64,000 nucleotides of DNA from Balanoglossus misakiensis (Eukaryota; Animalia; Hemichordata), in assembly GCA_040954595.2 (NCBI GenBank), contig CM082578.2:16166998-16230997 (forward strand), in the 5' to 3' direction. The notes under the pieces were generated by a model. The model searched no databases. It saw only the letters and a program-made list of their open reading frames with translations, and was not told the origin of the DNA. Positions 44,701 to 56,700 of this stretch are shown here, in pieces. The position numbers were made by a program, and so were the translations under genes. How positions within the stretch are numbered: position 1 is the first letter of the stretch; each line of letters starts with the position of its first letter.

Positions 44701-47700
44701 AAAACCATGGGTTATAGCTCATGAAAATCATCAGAAAATGACAATTTTTCGACTTTGCGGAATTTCAAAATTTCGTCGATTTTTGAAAAAACCATGGGTT
44801 ATAGCTCATGAAAATCATCAGAAAATGACAATTTTTCGACTTTGCGGAATTTCAAAATTTCGTCGATTTTTGAAAAAACCATGGGTTATAGCTCATGAAA
44901 ATCATCAGAAAATGACAATTTTTCGACTTTGCGGAATTTCAAAATTTCGTCGATTTTTGAAAAAACCATGGGTTATAGCTCATGAAAATCCTCAGAAAAT
45001 GACAATTTTTCGACTTTGCGGAATTTCAACATTTCGTCGATTTTTGAAAAAACCATGGGTTATAGCTCATGAAAATCCTCAGAAAATGACAATTTTTCGA
45101 CTTTGCGGAATTTCAAAATTTCGTCGATTTTTGAAAAAACCATGGGTTATAGCTCATGAAAATCATCAGAAAATGACAATTTTTCGACTTTGCGGAATTT
45201 CAAAATTTCGTCGATTTTTGAAAAAACCATGGGTTATAGCTCATGAAAATCATCAGAAAATGACAATTTTTCGACTTTGCGGAATTTCAAAATTTCGTCG
45301 ATTTTTGAAAAAACCATGGGTTATAGCTCATGAAAATCATCAGAAAATGACAATTTTTCGACTTTGCGGAATTTCAAAATTTCGTCGATTTTTGAAAAAA
45401 CCATGGGTTATAGCTCATGAAAATCATCAGAAAATGACAATTTTTCGACTTTGCGGAATTTCAAAATTTCGTCGATTTTTGAAAAAATCATGGGTTATAG
45501 CTCATGAAAATCATCAGAAAATGACAATTTTTCGACTTTGCGGAATTTCAAAATTTCGTCGATTTTTGAAAAAATCATGGGTTATAGCTCATGAAAATCA
45601 TCAGAAAATGACAATTTTTCGACTTTGCGGAATTTCAAAATTTCGTCGATTTTTGAAAAAATCATGGGTTATAGCTCATGAAAATCATCAGAAAATGACA
45701 ATTTTTCGACTTTGCGGAATTTCAAAATTTCGTCGATTTTTGAAAAAATCATGGGTTATAGCTCATGAAAATCATCAGAAAATGACAATTTTTCGACTTT
45801 GCGGAATTTCAAAATTTCGTCGATTTTTGAAAAAACCATGGGTTATAGCTCATGAAAATCATCAGAAAATGACAATTTTTCGACTTTGCGGAATTTCAAA
45901 ATTTCGTCGATTTTTGAAAAAACCATGGGTTATAGCTCATGAAAATCATCAGAAAATGACAATTTTTCGACTTTGCGGAATTTCAAAATTTCGTCGATTT
46001 TTGAAAAAACCATGGGTTATAGCTCATGAAAATCATCAGAAAATGACAATTTTTCGACTTTGCGGAATTTCAAAATTTCGTCGATTTTTGAAAAAACCAT
46101 GGGTTATAGCTCATGAAAATCATCAGAAAATGACAATTTTTCGACTTTGCGGAATTTCAAAATTTCGTCGATTTTTGAAAAAACCATGGGTTATAGCTCA
46201 TGAAAATCATCAGAAAATGACAATTTTTCGACTTTGCGGAATTTCAAAATTTCGTCGATTTTTGAAAAAACCATGGGTTATAGCTCATGAAAATCATCAG
46301 AAAATGACAATTTTTCGACTTTGCGGAATTTCAAAATTTCGTCGATTTTTGAAAAAACCATGGGTTATAGCTCATGAAAATCATCAGAAAATGACAATTT
46401 TTCGACTTTGCGGAATTTCAAAATTTCGTCGATTTTTGAAAAAACCATGGGTTATAGCTCATGAAAATCATCAGAAAATGACAATTTTTCGACTTTGCGG
46501 AATTTCAAAATTTCGTCGATTTTTGAAAAAATCATGGGTTATAGCTCATGAAAATCATCAGAAAATGACAATTTTTCGACTTTGCGGAATTTCAAAATTT
46601 CGTCGATTTTTGAAAAAACCATGGGTTATAGCTCATGAAAATCATCAGAAAATGACAATTTTTCGACTTTGCGGAATTTCAAAATTTCGTCGATTTTTGA
46701 AAAAATCATGGGTTATAGCTCATGAAAATCATCAGAAAATGACAATTTTTCGACTTTGCGGAATTTCAAAATTTCGTCGATTTTTGAAAAAATCATGGGT
46801 TATAGCTCATGAAAATCATCAGAAAATGACAATTTTTCGACTTTGCGGAATTTCAAAATTTCGTCGATTTTTGAAAAAATCATGGGTTATAGCTCATGAA
46901 AATCATCAGAAAATGACAATTTTTCGACTTTGCGGAATTTCAAAATTTCGTCGATTTTTGAAAAAATCATGGGTTATAGCTCATGAAAATCATCAGAAAA
47001 TGACAATTTTTCGACTTTGCGGAATTTCAAAATTTCGTCGATTTTTGAAAAAACCATGGGTTATAGCTCATGAAAATCATCAGAAAATGACAATTTTTCG
47101 ACTTTGCGGAATTTCAAAATTTCGTCGATTTTTGAAAAAACCATGGGTTATAGCTCATGAAAATCATCAGAAAATGACAATTTTTCGACTTTGCGGAATT
47201 TCAAAATTTCGTCGATTTTTGAAAAAACCATGGGTTATAGCTCATGAAAATCATCAGAAAATGACAATTTTTCGACTTTGCGGAATTTCAAAATTTCGTC
47301 GATTTTTGAAAAAACCATGGGTTATAGCTCATGAAAATCATCAGAAAATGACAATTTTTCGACTTTGCGGAATTTCAAAATTTCGTCGATTTTTGAAAAA
47401 ACCATGGGTTATAGCTCATGAAAATCATCAGAAAATGACAATTTTTCGACTTTGCGGAATTTCAAAATTTCGTCGATTTTTGAAAAAACCATGGGTTATA
47501 GCTCATGAAAATCATCAGAAAATGACAATTTTTCGACTTTGCGGAATTTCAAAATTTCGTCGATTTTTGAAAAAACCATGGGTTATAGCTCATGAAAATC
47601 ATCAGAAAATGACAATTTTTCGACTTTGCGGAATTTCAAAATTTCGTCGATTTTTGAAAAAACCATGGGTTATAGCTCATGAAAATCATCAGAAAATGAC

Positions 47701-50700
47701 AATTTTTCGACTTTGCGGAATTTCAAAATTTCGTCGATTTTTGAAAAAACCATGGGTTATAGCTCATGAAAATCATCAGAAAATGACAATTTTTCGACTT
47801 TGCGGAATTTCAAAATTTCGTCGATTTTTGAAAAAATCATGGGTTATAGCTCATGAAAATCATCAGAAAATGACAATTTTTCGACTTTGCGGAATTTCAA
47901 AATTTCGTCGATTTTTGAAAAAATCATGGGTTATAGCTCATGAAAATCATCAGAAAATGACAATTTTTCGACTTTGCGGAATTTCAAAATTTCGTCGATT
48001 TTTGAAAAAATCATGGGTTATAGCTCATGAAAATCATCAGAAAATGACAATTTTTCGACTTTGCGGAATTTCAAAATTTCGTCGATTTTTGAAAAAATCA
48101 TGGGTTATAGCTCATGAAAATCATCAGAAAATGACAATTTTTCGACTTTGCGGAATTTCAAAATTTCGTCGATTTTTGAAAAAACCATGGGTTATAGCTC
48201 ATGAAAATCATCAGAAAATGACAATTTTTCGACTTTGCGGAATTTCAACATTTCGTCGATTTTTGAAAAAATCATGGGTTATAGCTCATGAAAATCATCA
48301 GAAAATGACAATTTTTCGACTTTGCGGAATTTCAAAATTTCGTCGATTTTTGAAAAAATCATGTGTTATAGCTCATGAAAATCATCAGAAAATGACAATT
48401 TTTCGACTTTGCGGAATTTCAACATTTCGTCGATTTTTGAAAAAACCATGGGTTATAGCTCATGAAAATCATCAGAAAATGACAATTTTTCGACTTTGCG
48501 GAATTTCAAAATTTCGTCGATTTTTGAAAAAACCATGGGTTATAGCTCATGAAAATCATCAGAAAATGACAATTTTTCGACTTTGCGGAATTTCAAAATT
48601 TCGTCGATTTTTGAAAAAACCATGGGTTATAGCTCATGAAAATCATCAGAAAATGACAATTTTTCGACTTTGCGGAATTTCAAAATTTCGTCGATTTTTG
48701 AAAAAATCATGGGTTATAGCTCATGAAAATCATCAGAAAATGACAATTTTTCGACTTTGCGGAATTTCAAAATTTCGTCGATTTTTGAAAAAACCATGGG
48801 TTATAGCTCATGAAAATCATCAGAAAATGACAATTTTTCGACTTTGCGGAATTTCAAAATTTCGTCGATTTTTGAAAAAATCATGGGTTATAGCTCATGA
48901 AAATCATCAGAAAATGACAATTTTTCGACTTTGCGGAATTTCAAAATTTCGTCGATTTTTGAAAAAACCATGGGTTATAGCTCATGAAAATCATCAGAAA
49001 ATGACAATTTTTCGACTTTGCGGAATTTCAAAATTTCGTCGATTTTTGAAAAAACCATGAGTTATAGCTCATGAAAATCATCAGAAAATGACAATTTTTC
49101 GACTTTGCGGAATTTCAAAATTTCGTCGATTTTTGAAAAAACCATGGGTTATAGCTCATGAAAATCATCAGAAAATGACAATTTTTCGACTTTGCGGAAT
49201 TTCAAAATTTCGTCGATTTTTGAAAAAACCATGGGTTATAGCTCATGAAAATCATCAGAAAATGACAATTTTTCGACTTTGCGGAATTTCAAAATTTCGT
49301 CGATTTTTGAAAAAACCATGGGTTATAGCTCATGAAAATCATCAGAAAATGACAATTTTTCGACTTTGCGGAATTTCAAAATTTCGTCGATTTTTGAAAA
49401 AACCATGGGTTATAGCTCATGAAAATCATCAGAAAATGACAATTTTTCGACTTTGCGGAATTTCAAAATTTCGTCGATTTTTGAAAAAATCATGGGTTAT
49501 AGCTCATGAAAATCATCAGAAAATGACAATTTTTCGACTTTGCGGAATTTCAAAATTTCGTCGATTTTTGAAAAAATCATGGGTTATAGCTCATGAAAAT
49601 CATCAGAAAATGACAATTTTTCGACTTTGCGGAATTTCAAAATTTCGTCGATTTTTGAAAAAATCATGGGTTATAGCTCATGAAAATCATCAGAAAATGA
49701 CAATTTTTCGACTTTGCGGAATTTCAAAATTTCGTCGATTTTTGAAAAAATCATGGGTTATAGCTCATGAAAATCATCAGAAAATGACAATTTTTCGACT
49801 TTGCGGAATTTCAAAATTTCGTCGATTTTTGAAAAAACCATGGGTTATAGCTCATGAAAATCATCAGAAAATGACAATTTTTCGACTTTGCGGAATTTCA
49901 ACATTTCGTCGATTTTTGAAAAAATCATGGGTTATAGCTCATGAAAATCATCAGAAAATGACAATTTTTCGACTTTGCGGAATTTCAAAATTTCGTCGAT
50001 TTTTGAAAAAATCATGTGTTATAGCTCATGAAAATCATCAGAAAATGACAATTTTTCGACTTTGCGGAATTTCAACATTTCGTCGATTTTTGAAAAAACC
50101 ATGGGTTATAGCTCATGAAAATCATCAGAAAATGACAATTTTTCGACTTTGCGGAATTTCAAAATTTCGTCGATTTTTGAAAAAACCATGGGTTATAGCT
50201 CATGAAAATCATCAGAAAATGACAATTTTTCGACTTTGCGGAATTTCAAAATTTCGTCGATTTTTGAAAAAACCATGGGTTATAGCTCATGAAAATCATC
50301 AGAAAATGACAATTTTTCGACTTTGCGGAATTTCAAAATTTCGTCGATTTTTGAAAAAATCATGGGTTATAGCTCATGAAAATCATCAGAAAATGACAAT
50401 TTTTCGACTTTGCGGAATTTCAAAATTTCGTCGATTTTTGAAAAAACCATGGGTTATAGCTCATGAAAATCATCAGAAAATGACAATTTTTCGACTTTGC
50501 GGAATTTCAAAATTTCGTCGATTTTTGAAAAAATCATGGGTTATAGCTCATGAAAATCATCAGAAAATGACAATTTTTCGACTTTGCGGAATTTCAAAAT
50601 TTCGTCGATTTTTGAAAAAACCATGGGTTATAGCTCATGAAAATCATCAGAAAATGACAATTTTTCGACTTTGCGGAATTTCAAAATTTCGTCGATTTTT

Positions 50701-53700
50701 GAAAAAACCATGAGTTATAGCTCATGAAAATCATCAGAAAATGACAATTTTTCGACTTTGCGGAATTTCAAAATTTCGTCGATTTTTGAAAAAACCATGG
50801 GTTATAGCTCATGAAAATCATCAGAAAATGACAATTTTTCGACTTTGCGGAATTTCAAAATTTCGTCGATTTTTGAAAAAACCATGGGTTATAGCTCATG
50901 AAAATCATCAGAAAATGACAATTTTTCGACTTTGCGGAATTTCAAAATTTCGTCGATTTTTGAAAAAACCATGGGTTATAGCTCATGAAAATCATCAGAA
51001 AATGACAATTTTTCGACTTTGCGGAATTTCAAAATTTCGTCGATTTTTGAAAAAACCATGGGTTATAGCTCATGAAAATCATCAGAAAATGACAATTTTT
51101 CGACTTTGCGGAATTTCAAAATTTCGTCGATTTTTGAAAAAACCATGGGTTATAGATCATGAAAATCATCAGAAAATGACAATTTTTCGACTTTGTGGAA
51201 TTTCAAAATTTCGTCGATTTTTGAAAAAATCATGGGTTATAGCTCATGAAAATCATCAGAAAATGACAATTTTTCGACTTTGCGGAATTTCAAAATTTCG
51301 TCGATTTTTGAAAAAATCATGGGTTATAGCTCATGAAAATCATCAGAAAATGACAATTTTTCGACTTTGCGGAATTTCAAAATTTCGTCGATTTTTGAAA
51401 AAATCATGGGTTATAGCTCATGAAAATCATCAGAAAATGACAATTTTTCGACTTTGCGGAATTTCAAAATTTCGTCGATTTTTGAAAAAACCATGGGTTA
51501 TAGCTCATGAAAATCATCAGAAAATGACAATTTTTCGACTTTGCGGAATTTCAAAATTTCGTCGATTTTTGAAAAAACCATGGGTTATAGCTCATGAAAA
51601 TCATCAGAAAATGACAATTTTTCGACTTTGCGGAATTTCAAAATTTCGTCGATTTTTGAAAAAACCATGGGTTATAGCTCATGAAAATCATCAGAAAATG
51701 ACAATTTTTCGACTTTGCGGAATTTCAAAATTTCGTCGATTTTTGAAAAAACCATGGGTTATAGCTCATGAAAATCATCAGAAAATGACAATTTTTCGAC
51801 TTTGCGGAATTTCAAAATTTCGTCGATTTTTGAAAAAACCATGGGTTATAGCTCATGAAAATCATCAGAAAATGACAATTTTTCGACTTTGCGGAATTTC
51901 AAAATTTCGTCGATTTTTGAAAAAACCATGGGTTATAGCTCATGAAAATCATCAGAAAATGACAATTTTTCGACTTTGCGGAATTTCAAAATTTCGTCGA
52001 TTTTTGAAAAAACCATGGGTTATAGCTCATGAAAATCATCAGAAAATGACAATTTTTCGACTTTGCGGAATTTCAAAATTTCGTCGATTTTTGAAAAAAC
52101 CATGGGTTATAGCTCATGAAAATCATCAGAAAATGACAATTTTTCGACTTTGCGGAATTTCAAAATTTCGTCGATTTTTGAAAAAACCATGGGTTATAGC
52201 TCATGAAAATCATCAGAAAATGACAATTTTTCGACTTTGCGGAATTTCAAAATTTCGTCGATTTTTGAAAAAACCATGGGTTATAGCTCATGAAAATCAT
52301 CAGAAAATGACAATTTTTCGACTTTGCGGAATTTCAAAATTTCGTCGATTTTTGAAAAAATCATGGGTTATAGCTCATGAAAATCATCAGAAAATGACAA
52401 TTTTTCGACTTTGCGGAATTTCAAAATTTCGTCGATTTTTGAAAAAATCATGGGTTATAGCTCATGAAAATCATCAGAAAATGACAATTTTTCGACTTTG
52501 CGGAATTTCAAAATTTCGTCGATTTTTGAAAAAATCATGGGTTATAGCTCATGAAAATCATCAGAAAATGACAATTTTTCGACTTTGCGGAATTTCAAAA
52601 TTTCGTCGATTTTTGAAAAAATCATGGGTTATAGCTCATGAAAATCATCAGAAAATGACAATTTTTCGACTTTGCGGAATTTCAAAATTTCGTCGATTTT
52701 TGAAAAAACCATGGGTTATAGCTCATGAAAATCATCAGAAAATGACAATTTTTCGACTTTGCGGAATTTCAACATTTCGTCGATTTTTGAAAAAATCATG
52801 GGTTATAGCTCATGAAAATCATCAGAAAATGACAATTTTTCGACTTTGCGGAATTTCAAAATTTCGTCGATTTTTGAAAAAATCATGGGTTATAGCTCAT
52901 GAAAATCATCAGAAAATGACAATTTTTCGACTTTGCGGAATTTCAACATTTCGTCGATTTTTGAAAAAACCATGGGTTATAGCTCATGAAAATCATCAGA
53001 AAATGACAATTTTTCGACTTTGCGGAATTTCAAAATTTCGTCGATTTTTGAAAAAACCATGGGTTATAGCTCATGAAAATCATCAGAAAATGACAATTTT
53101 TCGACTTTGCGGAATTTCAAAATTTCGTCGATTTTTGAAAAAACCATGGGTTATAGCTCATGAAAATCATCAGAAAATGACAATTTTTCGACTTTGCGGA
53201 ATTTCAAAATTTCGTCGATTTTTGAAAAAATCATGGGTTATAGCTCATGAAAATCATCAGAAAATGACAATTTTTCGACTTTGCGGAATTTCAAAATTTC
53301 GTCGATTTTTGAAAAAACCATGGGTTATAGCTCATGAAAATCATCAGAAAATGACAATTTTTCGACTTTGCGGAATTTCAAAATTTCGTCGATTTTTGAA
53401 AAAACCATGGGTTATAGCTCATGAAAATCATCAGAAAATGACAATTTTTCGACTTTGCGGAATTTCAAAATTTCGTCGATTTTTGAAAAAACCATGGGTT
53501 ATAGCTCATGAAAATCATCAGAAAATGACAATTTTTCGACTTTGCGGAATTTCAAAATTTCGTCGATTTTTGAAAAAACCATGGGTTATAGCTCATGAAA
53601 ATCATCAGAAAATGACAATTTTTCGACTTTGCGGAATTTCAAAATTTCGTCGATTTTTGAAAAAACCATGGGTTATAGCTCATGAAAATCATCAGAAAAT

Positions 53701-56700
53701 GACAATTTTTCGACTTTGCGGAATTTCAAAATTTCGTCGATTTTTGAAAAAACCATGGGTTATAGCTCATGAAAATCATCAGAAAATGACAATTTTTCGA
53801 CTTTGCGGAATTTCAAAATTTCGTCGATTTTTGAAAAAACCATGGGTTATAGCTCATGAAAATCATCAGAAAATGACAATTTTTCGACTTTGCGGAATTT
53901 CAAAATTTCGTCGATTTTTGAAAAAACCATGGGTTATAGCTCATGAAAATCATCAGAAAATGACAATTTTTCGACTTTGCGGAATTTCAAAATTTCGTCG
54001 ATTTTTGAAAAAACCATGGGTTATAGATCATGAAAATCATCAGAAAATGACAATTTTTCGACTTTGTGGAATTTCAAAATTTCGTCGATTTTTGAAAAAA
54101 TCATGGGTTATAGCTCATGAAAATCATCAGAAAATGACAATTTTTCGACTTTGCGGAATTTCAAAATTTCGTCGATTTTTGAAAAAATCATGGGTTATAG
54201 CTCATGAAAATCATCAGAAAATGACAATTTTTCGACTTTGCGGAATTTCAAAATTTCGTCGATTTTTGAAAAAATCATGGGTTATAGCTCATGAAAATCA
54301 TCAGAAAATGACAATTTTTCGACTTTGCGGAATTTCAAAATTTCGTCGATTTTTGAAAAAACCATGGGTTATAGCTCATGAAAATCATCAGAAAATGACA
54401 ATTTTTCGACTTTGCGGAATTTCAAAATTTCGTCGATTTTTGAAAAAACCATGGGTTATAGCTCATGAAAATCATCAGAAAATGACAATTTTTCGACTTT
54501 GCGGAATTTCAAAATTTCGTCGATTTTTGAAAAAACCATGGGTTATAGCTCATGAAAATCATCAGAAAATGACAATTTTTCGACTTTGCGGAATTTCAAA
54601 ATTTCGTCGATTTTTGAAAAAACCATGGGTTATAGCTCATGAAAATCATCAGAAAATGACAATTTTTCGACTTTGCGGAATTTCAAAATTTCGTCGATTT
54701 TTGAAAAAACCATGGGTTATAGCTCATGAAAATCATCAGAAAATGACAATTTTTCGACTTTGCGGAATTTCAAAATTTCGTCGATTTTTGAAAAAACCAT
54801 GGGTTATAGCTCATGAAAATCATCAGAAAATGACAATTTTTCGACTTTGCGGAATTTCAAAATTTCGTCGATTTTTGAAAAAACCATGGGTTATAGATCA
54901 TGAAAATCATCAGAAAATGACAATTTTTCGACTTTGTGGAATTTCAAAATTTCGTCGATTTTTGAAAAAATCATGGGTTATAGCTCATGAAAATCATCAG
55001 AAAATGACAATTTTTCGACTTTGCGGAATTTCAAAATTTCGTCGATTTTTGAAAAAATCATGGGTTATAGCTCATGAAAATCATCAGAAAATGACAATTT
55101 TTCGACTTTGCGGAATTTCAAAATTTCGTCGATTTTTGAAAAAATCATGGGTTATAGCTCATGAAAATCATCAGAAAATGACAATTTTTCGACTTTGCGG
55201 AATTTCAAAATTTCGTCGATTTTTGAAAAAACCATGGGTTATAGCTCATGAAAATCATCAGAAAATGACAATTTTTCGACTTTGCGGAATTTCAAAATTT
55301 CGTCGATTTTTGAAAAAACCATGGGTTATAGCTCATGAAAATCATCAGAAAATGACAATTTTTCGACTTTGCGGAATTTCAAAATTTCGTCGATTTTTGA
55401 AAAAACCATGGGTTATAGCTCATGAAAATCATCAGAAAATGACAATTTTTCGACTTTGCGGAATTTCAAAATTTCGTCGATTTTTGAAAAAACCATGGGT
55501 TATAGCTCATGAAAATCATCAGAAAATGACAATTTTTCGACTTTGCGGAATTTCAAAATTTCGTCGATTTTTGAAAAAACCATGGGTTATAGCTCATGAA
55601 AATCATCAGAAAATGACAATTTTTCGACTTTGCGGAATTTCAAAATTTCGTCGATTTTTGAAAAAACCATGGGTTATAGCTCATGAAAATCATCAGAAAA
55701 TGACAATTTTTCGACTTTGCGGAATTTCAAAATTTCGTCGATTTTTGAAAAAACCATGGGTTATAGCTCATGAAAATCATCAGAAAATGACAATTTTTCG
55801 ACTTTGCGGAATTTCAAAATTTCGTCGATTTTTGAAAAAACCATGGGTTATAGCTCATGAAAATCATCAGAAAATGACAATTTTTCGACTTTGCGGAATT
55901 TCAAAATTTCGTCGATTTTTGAAAAAACCATGGGTTATAGCTCATGAAAATCATCAGAAAATGACAATTTTTCGACTTTGCGGAATTTCAAAATTTCGTC
56001 GATTTTTGAAAAAACCATGGGTTATAGCTCATGAAAATCATCAGAAAATGACAATTTTTCGACTTTGCGGAATTTCAAAATTTCGTCGATTTTTGAAAAA
56101 ACCATGGGTTATAGCTCATGAAAATCATCAGAAAATGACAATTTTTCGACTTTGCGGAATTTCAAAATTTCGTCGATTTTTGAAAAAATCATGGGTTATA
56201 GCTCATGAAAATCATCAGAAAATGACAATTTTTCGACTTTGCGGAATTTCAAAATTTCGTCGATTTTTGAAAAAATCATGGGTTATAGCTCATGAAAATC
56301 ATCAGAAAATGACAATTTTTCGACTTTGCGGAATTTCAAAATTTCGTCGATTTTTGAAAAAATCATGGGTTATAGCTCATGAAAATCATCAGAAAATGAC
56401 AATTTTTCGACTTTGCGGAATTTCAAAATTTCGTCGATTTTTGAAAAAATCATGGGTTATAGCTCATGAAAATCATCAGAAAATGACAATTTTTCGACTT
56501 TGCGGAATTTCAAAATTTCGTCGATTTTTGAAAAAACCATGGGTTATAGCTCATGAAAATCATCAGAAAATGACAATTTTTCGACTTTGCGGAATTTCAA
56601 AATTTCGTCGATTTTTGAAAAAACCATGGGTTATAGCTCATGAAAATCCTCAGAAAATGACAATTTTTCGACTTTGCGGAATTTCAAAATTTCGTCGATT